Assembly (NCBI GenBank): GCA_964648695.1
Contig: CAZYLH010000002.1
Span: 1 to 61,674, forward strand
Length of the DNA: 61,674 nucleotides
Origin: an uncultured Lachnospiraceae bacterium
GTDB taxonomy: Bacteria > Bacillota > Clostridia > Lachnospirales > Lachnospiraceae
Direction of reading: 5' to 3'
Under the pieces are notes generated by a model. It was not told the origin of the DNA, made no database searches, and saw nothing but the letters and a program-made list of their open reading frames with translations. Position numbers and translations under genes: made by a program. Every line of letters starts with the position of its first letter. The first letter of the stretch is position 1. Shown piece after piece: positions 9,019 to 17,062 of the stretch.

Positions 9019-9522
9019 TTAAGTTTCTGACAGCAAATTAAGAAGCGTATCATAAACAAAGTCTACGCTCTTTTTCCTTACAATATTTCTCCCTATGCCT
9101 CCAAATTGTTTTGTAAAGGCGTAGCTTTCACCGTTTATATAAAAGCCAAAGCAGACCATGCCGACAGGCTTTAGTTTAGTCCCACCTCCGGGCCCTGCCA
9201 CCCCGGTGATGCCAACGCCCACCTCGGCGTCATTTTTTGTTGCAGCGCCCTCTGCCATCTCCTTAGCAACCTGCTCGCTTACCACGCCGCAGCTTCCTAT
9301 CGTCTCCGGGCTCACTCCTAGATAGGTTATCTTTGCCTCATTTGAATAGGTCACAAAGGAGACATCAAAAACCTTTGATGCATCCGGCACGCCAACCAGC
9401 ATAGCCGCCGCCATGCCGCCGGTGCAGGATTCCGCAAAGGAAATATGCCATCCCTTCCTTATAAGAAGCTCGGCCACCTGCCTGTACGTTGGTTTTTTAA
9501 CCACTGCCTTTAAGCTTTTCAC
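9019..9522 (-). CDS. CinA C-terminal domain protein / nicotinamide-nucleotide amidase (PncC-like), stand-alone
   Basis: 167 aa. ISFAESCTGGMAAAML and GITGVAGPGGG motifs of the CinA-C family. Confidence 0.8.
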   Translation of the reverse strand: MKSLKAVVKKPTYRQVAELLIRKGWHISFAESCTGGMAAAMLVGVPDASKVFDVSFVTYSNEAKITYLGVSPETIGSCGVVSEQVAKEMAEGAATKNDAEVGVGITGVAGPGGGTKLKPVGMVCFGFYINGESYAFTKQFGGIGRNIVRKKSVDFVYDTLLNLLSET

Positions 9523-9523
9523 A

Positions 9524-11515
9524 TTACTCCTCCAGATTCATCTCCTCATTTAAGGGAAGTGTGAAGGTAAAGATAGAGCCGTTAGGCGTATTATCCGTTA
9601 GCGAAATCTCTCCTCCATGCGCCTGAATTATGGATTTGCACAGCGAAAGCCCCAGTCCGATGCTTGTAGTGTCTTTTCCGGTTTTTCCTACCCCTGTAAA
9701 GAACATGTCAAACACGTAGGGCTTAATGTTATCCGGTATACCCTCGCCCTCATCTGCGATGCTTACAGAGATAACGTCCTCATTTTGAGACGCACTTATA
9801 CTTATCTTTGAGCCCGCAGGCGAAAACTTCACCGCGTTATCAATGATGTTTACAATCACACGCAAAATAAGCTCATGGTCCATATTTACAAACAGCAGGC
9901 CATCGTTTAGCCAAAGCTCTATCTCATGGTCTGTATTTTTTATGTCGACCTGTGCGATCGCCTCCTTTATCACGTCATCCACCAGCTGGTATGACATGTT
10001 AAAGTCCATATTGCCCTCCTCAAGGCGCGTCACAAGCTGGAGATTTTTTGCATACTCCATAAGGCTCCTGGCACTTGCTGCAATGCTATGAAATGCTCTC
10101 TTTCTTTTTTCTTCGCCTACCAGGGCATAATCAGACAGATTTCTGCCTGCCTGATTATATATATAGTCCAGAGGCTTATAAAAATCATTTGAGATTGCCT
10201 GCAAGAGGTTTGCGCGAAGCTTTTCGCTCTTTTCAAGAACAATGGAAAGCTCATGAGCGTTTTGTTCGCGGATATGCTCGATCGCAAGCGCACAGCCACC
10301 AAGCACGGACATTAAAATGCTTTCCTCAAACGCACTTAGGGGCTTTCCTTCAAGATTGATGCCTACCACCCCGTTCATTTTGTTATTCGCACGCACGCCC
10401 ACATATATGCAGTTTGCATCCCCAAGCGTCTCTGTAAACGCGCCCGCTCTTGCCTTATATGTCATGGCCCACTCAGCCGCGGCTCTGTCCTTTTCTGAAA
10501 AGAACACATCGCTTTTTGCATCGGGCACAACGGTTGAGATATATCCTTTGCCGATGGAACCGTTTATCTCAGGATACGCGATAATGTCGCGGTTTAAAAG
10601 CTTCATCAGCTGGCTTGCCGTGATGCTCATAATCTCGTTTTCATCCTTGGCCTTTTTTAAGAGCTGATCCGTGTCAAACAAAACACGTGTCTGGAATGCA
10701 TACTGGCCCGCCACATGCGCCTGCTCAGAAAGCCTTGGAATAACGCCTGCAATAACTAAAGCAAGAACAAAAAATATAAGCAGGCTGGAAAAAGCGTTTA
10801 TGTCCCCTACTCCAATTTCTGCCGGCGCTACTAAAAGCAAAAAGCTCCATAACCCCAGTCCCAGTATACTTGATGCTATGCTACATACATAGTCCCTGGT
10901 TAAAAGCGCGGTTAAAAATACTCCAAGCAGATAAAGCGCCAGCGCTGCCGTACTGCCAAGACCGACCATGACGCAACCCACTCCCAAAAGTGTGGCCGCC
11001 ACAAGGAGAATAAAAGTCACCGCCATATCCCTAAGACTGGGACACAGACTCCTTTTAGCGGCAGGGTTTTTCATCTTATAGCTTTTTTCAACAAAGACAT
11101 CCGGAATGATGTAGATGTCCAGATTCGGAGCGATCTCTGTGAGTCTCTCCGTCAAGGTTGGCTTACTCCAAAAGTGCCTGCGCTTGACACTGCTTCGTCC
11201 AACCACCACCTTGGTGGCCCCGGCGGTTCTGGCAAACTCTGCAATCTGATGGGATACATCCTCCCCGTAGACCGTGGTCAGCTCCGCCCCAAGCTTTTGC
11301 GCAAGGCGCGTGTTGTTTTCCAGACGCTTTTTGTTCTCCTCACTCATCTTATCTGCGCCGGGCGTCTCAACATAGAGCGCTGTAAAACGCGCCCCAAAAG
11401 CGGCTGCCATCCTCGCCGCTGTTCTCACAATCTTTGCGTTAGAGGGTGATGATGATAGTCCCACAAGAATATGATCCGTAACGATCTTTTCACCGGACAC
11501 CTTTTCATGATCCAT
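9524..11515 (-). CDS. KdpD-like membrane sensor (Usp-TM-GAF-HisKA-HATPase) lacking the KdpD N-domain and the phospho-acceptor His
   Basis: Usp-like start ILVGLSSSPSNAKIVRTAARMA, GRSSVKRRHFWSKPTLTERL, four hydrophobic helices. The H-box position reads LLQAISNDFYKPL (Asn, not His). N/G1/G2 boxes are intact: IIDNAVKFSP, DEGEGIP, GLGLSLCKSI. Confidence 0.8.
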   Translation of the reverse strand: MDHEKVSGEKIVTDHILVGLSSSPSNAKIVRTAARMAAAFGARFTALYVETPGADKMSEENKKRLENNTRLAQKLGAELTTVYGEDVSHQIAEFARTAGATKVVVGRSSVKRRHFWSKPTLTERLTEIAPNLDIYIIPDVFVEKSYKMKNPAAKRSLCPSLRDMAVTFILLVAATLLGVGCVMVGLGSTAALALYLLGVFLTALLTRDYVCSIASSILGLGLWSFLLLVAPAEIGVGDINAFSSLLIFFVLALVIAGVIPRLSEQAHVAGQYAFQTRVLFDTDQLLKKAKDENEIMSITASQLMKLLNRDIIAYPEINGSIGKGYISTVVPDAKSDVFFSEKDRAAAEWAMTYKARAGAFTETLGDANCIYVGVRANNKMNGVVGINLEGKPLSAFEESILMSVLGGCALAIEHIREQNAHELSIVLEKSEKLRANLLQAISNDFYKPLDYIYNQAGRNLSDYALVGEEKRKRAFHSIAASARSLMEYAKNLQLVTRLEEGNMDFNMSYQLVDDVIKEAIAQVDIKNTDHEIELWLNDGLLFVNMDHELILRVIVNIIDNAVKFSPAGSKISISASQNEDVISVSIADEGEGIPDNIKPYVFDMFFTGVGKTGKDTTSIGLGLSLCKSIIQAHGGEISLTDNTPNGSIFTFTLPLNEEMNLEE

Positions 11516-11703
11516 GTCTATACCACCTTTTTATTTCCGTTAGCTTATGTCTTTAGCCTTAACGGATAATTAAGCCCGCATACTCTGGCTTTTTTTACGC
11601 AGTGTATTGTAGCACAGATTGATTTTAAACGCCACCGCTTTTTTTATATGATGCCAGGTTCAAAAGGTCTGAGCCCACATGAGCCCTCTCATAAGTGGGT
11701 GAT

Positions 11704-11740
11704 CAAAAACGGCATAGCCCACCATAAATGAGCTATGCCG
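11704..11740 (-). terminator. rho-independent terminator ending the RR-HK-VTC-DUF4956-lipoprotein operon
   Basis: CGGCATAGC (11710-11718) pairs with GCTATGCCG (11732-11740). Minus-strand T-run TTTTTG follows. Confidence 0.75.
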
Positions 11741-11752
11741 TATAAATTTTTA

Positions 11753-13573
11753 TCAGCTTGCCGAAACATCTCCGGAAATAGTTCCGACTGAAATAGTGTA
11801 GGTATCTCCGGACACAAGCTCCGGACTACTAAAGATAAATACCTGATATGACAACTCAGGCTCATACTCTAAAACGACATTTCCGTCCGAGTCCGTAACC
11901 GTGATAAGGGTTCCCGCACTCTGAGTCCCGACACTTACTGCAATAACGCCCTGCTCTGAGTCGCTAAAGGTCTCTGCCATAGATGAAGCACCTGTTCCGA
12001 TAAAGGTACCGCCGGTGATCACCGCAGAGACATCATAATCTAAGGTTGATGTATCGCCCTGTGTCGGCCCAACCACCGTGATATATCCGCCGGAGATTTC
12101 AATAGTGCCGTTTGCATCCATGCCATCGCCGGAAGCGTTGATATACAGAGTTCCTCCGGATATAACCATGGTGCCGTTCGAGGAGGAGCTGTCCCCCCAT
12201 CCTCCGCCAAACATTCCGTCGCGTCCGCCAGTGGTGCCGCTTGAATCAGTACCCCCAGCTGCGTTTAGTCCGTCATCCGTCGCCACGATACTTATATCGC
12301 CGCCCTCTATGCAAAGGTTAAGCGCCTCGAGTCCTTCATAACTGGTGGTGATGTCGATTGCCCCGTCTGTGATAGTCAGGGTGTCATCCGCATGGAAGCC
12401 GTCATCGCCCGTCGCAATCTCAAAGCTGCCTCCGCTAACCGTGATCGACGAATTTGAATGAACAGCGTCATCCGCCGAGTCAATTAAAAAGCTTCCGGCG
12501 TATATGTACATGTCTCCGGCCGCTTTTAAGCCCTTCATGCTGGTGCTGCTGTCATCATCAGATGAGGTTGAAGACGAAGATGACGATGATTCGCTTCTTC
12601 CGCCGCCTCCCATAAAGCCGCCCCAGGAATCAGAGGATTCCTCTTCGGCATTCTCATATCCTCCGCCTGTCAGAAGCTCAAATACGCCCCCATAAATCTG
12701 CATATATGCTCCGGCGCTTATCCCATCACCCTCTGCCTCAATGTCAAAGGTGCCTCCTGAAATGTATACAAATCCCAGCGAGGAATCGTCATCGTTTTCT
12801 GCGTGCAGTCCGTCCTTTCCCGCATCAACGCTTATGCTTGTATCTCCGGTAATGCGGATGCTGTCGTTAGCCTGCAGTCCATGTGAGGCTGAGGTGATGA
12901 TATATGTTCCGCTGGTGATCACTAAATCGTCTTTTCCAACAATTCCGTGCCCCGCGGGCGATGTGACAGTCAAGCTGCCGTACCCGTTTAAGGTAAGATC
13001 CTGCTTTGAGTAGATAGCCCCGTCGATATTATTGTCATCAATCGCAGTAAAGGTGCCTCCGTTTGAGAGATAATTTTCACTTCCCTCAGCTAAGGTGATA
13101 AAAACCTTATCCGCCTCCAAAATATAGATGGCAGCACTACTCTCGCTGTTTATCGTCACCCCGTCAAGCACCAGCTGGATCTTGGCATCGTCCGGTGCAT
13201 CAACTATCACCATGCCGTCATCTAACGTACCTGACAGGATATAAGTTGCCTCCGCCGTGATTGTTACAGTGGAGCCATCTATTATCACAGTTTCTGAGGT
13301 GGCAGTGGCGCTATCACCGTCTAGCACTATCTGCACAGCATCACTCTCATCATACTCCGTCCTGCTATCACGGTTTGTAAACATCTCTTCATCTGCCTCG
13401 GAAGCATCCGCTATAACCGTAACAGAATCTGTATCCGTTGTTGAATCAGTGCTGTCATTGTCACTTGTCTGCGCCTGTGTGGTAGTAGTGGTGCTGCTTT
13501 CTTCAAGAGCACAACCGCCAAGTGATGAGCATATGAGCATAGCACTGATTATAATCGCTCCTCTCTTCTTCAT
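11753..13573 (-). CDS. secreted lipoprotein, Cthe_2159-like parallel beta-helix carbohydrate-binding domain protein
   Basis: Lipobox LICSSLGGC, a Thr/Asp/Ser linker, many repeats of the type DG(I/L/F/M)xA...I.GG..., and an internal Gly/Ser-rich segment (GGGGRSESSSSSSSTSSDDDSSTS). Confidence 0.65.
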   Translation of the reverse strand: MKKRGAIIISAMLICSSLGGCALEESSTTTTTQAQTSDNDSTDSTTDTDSVTVIADASEADEEMFTNRDSRTEYDESDAVQIVLDGDSATATSETVIIDGSTVTITAEATYILSGTLDDGMVIVDAPDDAKIQLVLDGVTINSESSAAIYILEADKVFITLAEGSENYLSNGGTFTAIDDNNIDGAIYSKQDLTLNGYGSLTVTSPAGHGIVGKDDLVITSGTYIITSASHGLQANDSIRITGDTSISVDAGKDGLHAENDDDSSLGFVYISGGTFDIEAEGDGISAGAYMQIYGGVFELLTGGGYENAEEESSDSWGGFMGGGGRSESSSSSSSTSSDDDSSTSMKGLKAAGDMYIYAGSFLIDSADDAVHSNSSITVSGGSFEIATGDDGFHADDTLTITDGAIDITTSYEGLEALNLCIEGGDISIVATDDGLNAAGGTDSSGTTGGRDGMFGGGWGDSSSSNGTMVISGGTLYINASGDGMDANGTIEISGGYITVVGPTQGDTSTLDYDVSAVITGGTFIGTGASSMAETFSDSEQGVIAVSVGTQSAGTLITVTDSDGNVVLEYEPELSYQVFIFSSPELVSGDTYTISVGTISGDVSAS

Positions 13574-13585
13574 AAATATCCCCCT

Positions 13586-14287
13586 CTAAAGCTCTGCCAT
13601 GGAGCTCTCCTGTCTGGAAACTGAGATCTCCAGATTTCCATTTCTGCAGCGAATCAGATCTATCATCTCCTTTTCCTTCGTGATATCCCGAAGTACAACA
13701 TTATATTTAAGGCGGAACATACTTCCCATATTTGTAGTTTTTACATTCACAAGGTCATGGGAGGTGGTGTAGTCCTCAAAAATATCCTCAAAAACCTCTG
13801 TGTAATCAAGATCCTCCGGAATAGTGACTGATATAACCTTGTAAGCCTCGTTGTTTTTTTTTGCTCCAAAATCAAGATGGCTGTAGAGAAGAAATATCGC
13901 GCACAGTATCAGGGTAAAGAGTATCGCATAACCAAGATATCCCATTCCTGAAATAAGACCAGCTCCCATCGCCAAAAACAGAGCGCAAATCTCCTTTGCA
14001 CTTCCGGGCGCAGAGCGAAAACGCACTAAGCTGAACGCTCCTGCGACAGCCACACCTGTTCCCACATTTCCGTTTACCATCATGATCACCACACACACCG
14101 CAGCCGGCAAAAGCGCAAGGGTCATCACAAAACTCTTGGTGTAATGTGAGTGATACATATAGACAAGCGCCATAATCAGTCCTATGATGATCGAGCATCC
14201 TAAACACAATAGAAAGTTTGTCACGCTGATCACCGATGTCAAATCCGTATCAAATAATCCACTAAACAATGATGATGCATTAAGCAC
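13586..14287 (-). CDS. DUF4956 domain membrane protein
   Basis: 233 aa. Four to five hydrophobic helices, GAFSLVRFRSAPGSAKE motif, soluble C-terminal ~90 aa. Overlaps the VTC gene by 8 nt. Confidence 0.7.
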   Translation of the reverse strand: MLNASSLFSGLFDTDLTSVISVTNFLLCLGCSIIIGLIMALVYMYHSHYTKSFVMTLALLPAAVCVVIMMVNGNVGTGVAVAGAFSLVRFRSAPGSAKEICALFLAMGAGLISGMGYLGYAILFTLILCAIFLLYSHLDFGAKKNNEAYKVISVTIPEDLDYTEVFEDIFEDYTTSHDLVNVKTTNMGSMFRLKYNVVLRDITKEKEMIDLIRCRNGNLEISVSRQESSMAEL

Positions 14288-14999
14288 AGCCTACTACCTC
14301 CTTTTTCTTTCTCGGGTAAATTATTTTTTTATATGCTGTTCCATATTTTGAAAATGATGTCTTATAGATATGCTCCTCAGATAGGACATCAATCATCCAG
14401 AGCGGAATTGCGCCCGAGCACTTTATCTCCATGAGCGTTGTGCCCTCTGGAAGAAGCGAAATGCCATATGGCTCAGAATTAAGGGAAAGCTCATTCTCCC
14501 TGCATAAGATATTTTCATCAAGCGTCACCCTAAAATCGGACTTGTCTTTTGAGTAATATGCCTCCCTCTCGTATGAGAGATACACCGCCGGATGGATCCC
14601 CTTGTAGTACTGCAGGAAATACTCTATCTCTCTGGCAATCTGGCTATCTAAACGTTTCCCCCCATCCAAAAGCCACCTTGTGGCGTCCTTTCTTGGCATT
14701 GCGATACGGCGCTTATATACCACCTTTTCGTATTTCTTTTTCAGCTCCACAAAGACAGTGGTCGCCTCATTTGCCTTACAATAGCTGCGGACGCGAAGCT
14801 TTTCCTTATACTGCGGTCCCTCTATAGAATGGCGGATCAGGCGATAGTCATCCGTGTCAAAATAGATGTTTCGTATTATCGTGCGTCCATACTTATCAAG
14901 CGCCATATATGGCTCCATCGCACTTAAAAGCTTTTGCTTTTGCTCTTTTGAGAGTAGGTATTTCTGTTCATATCTCTTAAAAATAGCTTGATAAGCCAT
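14280..14999 (-). CDS. VTC-domain (polyphosphate polymerase-like triphosphate tunnel) protein
   Basis: FKRYEQKYLL, KLRVRSY, VFVELKKKY and LMEIKC are tunnel-strand motifs of the VTC/CYTH superfamily. Trimmed to the ATG at 14999, preceded by AGGAGG plus 5 nt; the ORF-track ATG at 15017 contains that RBS. Confidence 0.75.
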   Translation of the reverse strand: MAYQAIFKRYEQKYLLSKEQKQKLLSAMEPYMALDKYGRTIIRNIYFDTDDYRLIRHSIEGPQYKEKLRVRSYCKANEATTVFVELKKKYEKVVYKRRIAMPRKDATRWLLDGGKRLDSQIAREIEYFLQYYKGIHPAVYLSYEREAYYSKDKSDFRVTLDENILCRENELSLNSEPYGISLLPEGTTLMEIKCSGAIPLWMIDVLSEEHIYKTSFSKYGTAYKKIIYPRKKKEVVGCA

Positions 15000-15068
15000 A
15001 AAAAACCTCCTGTACATTTGATATAAGTAAATGTACAGGAGAAACCTTGAAATTTGATTGAAAAACCT

Positions 15069-16307
15069 TTACTTTTTTTTGCGATTTATCGGCAGGGTGA
15101 CGATAAATGTGACCTTGCCGCCCGAACACTGAACGCGAATACTTCCCTTATGCCCGGTCACGATAGCCTTTGCGATGGCAAGCCCTAACCCATAGTGATG
15201 GGAATCACCCGTTCTGACTGAATCTACGCGGTAGAAGCGGTCAAACAAATACTTTCGCTGCTCCGGAGGGATCCGCTCGCCATCGTTTATCACGCAAAGA
15301 CACGCCTGAGCCTTTTCTTTTTTTAGCTGAATGCACACCTCATTTCCATTTAAACTGTGCTGGATTGCGTTATCCACCAGAATTGTCATAAGCTGCTTTA
15401 GCTGCACATCATTTCCATGCACCAGTATGTTCTCAGCAACATCCACCTTAAGCTTTAGCCCGCGCTCATAAGCCATGGTCTCAAACGGGAGAATTTCCCC
15501 GTAGACCAGGCGGCTTAAATCAACCGTTCCCATTTGCACACGCACGTTTTCCGTCCTTGCAAGCTCAAGAAGCTGCGCGATAAGCTCTGACATTCTATCA
15601 TTCTCATAGCGAATATTTGAAAGCCATGGGCTCTCTCCTGTTTCCTGGCTTAAAAGCTCTAAGTTTGTCTGAATAACCGCCACCGGGGTCTTTAGCTCAT
15701 GACCGGCATCCGAAATAAACTGCCTCTGTCCCTTATATCTCTCCTCTAGAGGAGTGACAATCCAGTTTGCCAAAAACACGGAGAGGAAAAAGAGAAGTAC
15801 CAAGGCAGCACCTCCAAAAATCATCGTGTAGTAAAACAATGTTCCTGCGCTTTCCATCATCAGGGTGTTATCTAAGAATGCCACCAGCATATATCCGCCC
15901 TTATCCTCCACAAGATATAGGAGATTATTCTCCATCCCCTCGCGCTTATCGCTTTCTATAATATCCAGTGCAAGCGCTGTAAGCGCCTCCTCATCCAGGA
16001 TTTCAAGATTGGCCGTGTCAACATTTAACACCTGATTTGACTTTGAAACGGCAACAGAATAAAAAGTGGAAAGCTCTGCCCGGGGCATGTCAAACGGCCC
16101 GGTTTCAGCCGAATTAAACTGTGCATAAAGCTCACCGGATTTTTCCTCTAAAGTATACGACCTTACATACTGCTCTAAAAGCGCCCTGTTCTCATTTGTG
16201 AGATCTCTGTAGCTGGCAAGATATATAACGCAAAAGGTTCCCGCAAGCAGCAGTAACAGTATCGCCAAGATCGAGAGTATTATCTTCCATCTGGATCTTT
16301 TAAACAT
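15069..16307 (-). CDS. sensor histidine kinase (two TM helices, HAMP-less periplasmic loop, HisKA/HATPase)
   Basis: FISDAGHELKTPVAVI H-box, VDNAIQHS N-box, GLGLAIAKAIV G2. Overlaps the RR gene by 8 nt. Confidence 0.9.
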   Translation of the reverse strand: MFKRSRWKIILSILAILLLLLAGTFCVIYLASYRDLTNENRALLEQYVRSYTLEEKSGELYAQFNSAETGPFDMPRAELSTFYSVAVSKSNQVLNVDTANLEILDEEALTALALDIIESDKREGMENNLLYLVEDKGGYMLVAFLDNTLMMESAGTLFYYTMIFGGAALVLLFFLSVFLANWIVTPLEERYKGQRQFISDAGHELKTPVAVIQTNLELLSQETGESPWLSNIRYENDRMSELIAQLLELARTENVRVQMGTVDLSRLVYGEILPFETMAYERGLKLKVDVAENILVHGNDVQLKQLMTILVDNAIQHSLNGNEVCIQLKKEKAQACLCVINDGERIPPEQRKYLFDRFYRVDSVRTGDSHHYGLGLAIAKAIVTGHKGSIRVQCSGGKVTFIVTLPINRKKK

Positions 16308-16986
16308 TTACATACCTCAGCTCATAGCCAACCCCGCGCACCGCCTTAATCTGCGTCTTGGCGTGGATAAAATTTAACTTCTTTCTGACAAAGGACATAT
16401 ACACCTCTACGTTATTATACTCTGCGTTGCTGTCATATCCCCAGATCTTTACCGCCAACTGCTCCCTTGTAAGAACCTGCCCCTGATTGATGATCAGATA
16501 TTCCAAAATATGCATTTCCTTCTCACTAAGGCGCACATGCTCCTTGTCACAGGTAAGCATTAAACTGTCCTTTTTTAACGTGATGTCCCCAAACTTTAGC
16601 TCACTGCTGTCTAATACAGCGCTCCCTCTGCGGCTTAGGGCTCTTAAGCGCGCGAGAAGCTCCTCCGTCATAAAGGGCTTTGTCAGATAATCATCCGCCC
16701 CGCAGTCAAGACCCTTTACCTTATCCTCCAGCTCACTCTTTGCCGTGAGCATTAAAATCGACGTCCTGATACCCTGATTTCTGGCGCTCTTTGCGATCTC
16801 ATAGCCGTTTTTTCCAGGAAGCATGACATCTAAGATGGCAAGATCATAGATTGCGGTCTCTAATGCTATCAAGCCCTCCTCACCGTCTGAAAAATGATCC
16901 ACCTCATAGCCCGCATTTTTCAAAACCGCACACAGCGCCTGCGCCATGCGATGCTCATCCTCCACCAAAAGGAGCCTCATTTTCAA
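16300..16986 (-). CDS. OmpR/PhoB-family response regulator
   Basis: LLVEDE...DLAILDVMLPG...LMLTAK receiver domain. C-terminal winged helix: LTLKKDSL...LSEKEMHILEYL...VRGVGYEL. Confidence 0.92.
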   Translation of the reverse strand: MKMRLLLVEDEHRMAQALCAVLKNAGYEVDHFSDGEEGLIALETAIYDLAILDVMLPGKNGYEIAKSARNQGIRTSILMLTAKSELEDKVKGLDCGADDYLTKPFMTEELLARLRALSRRGSAVLDSSELKFGDITLKKDSLMLTCDKEHVRLSEKEMHILEYLIINQGQVLTREQLAVKIWGYDSNAEYNNVEVYMSFVRKKLNFIHAKTQIKAVRGVGYELRYVNV

Positions 16987-17002
16987 ACACCTCCTATCAA
17001 AT

Positions 17003-17051
17003 CAGGGTAGTCACGCCCTCACTTGCTTTACGTAAGGACATAACTACCCTG
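17003..17051 (-). terminator. 9-bp-stem hairpin between the DD-carboxypeptidase gene and the RR gene (weak terminator or attenuator)
   Basis: CAGGGTAGT (17003-17011) pairs with ACTACCCTG (17043-17051). The 31-nt loop contains the palindrome TTACGTAA. The minus-strand T-run is poor (ATTTGAT), and the hairpin ends only 16 nt from the RR start codon. Confidence 0.35.
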
Positions 17052-17062
17052 TTTTTTATAGA

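Noticed and set aside
11516-11703. Possible riboswitch (for example c-di-AMP type) in the 5' region of the KdpD-like gene
   Set aside because: Only a short CCGTTA/TAACGG hairpin and a TGcTACAAT extended -10-like element are visible. There are no conserved riboswitch core motifs that I can recognise, and the region is too short for the ydaO/kimA class.
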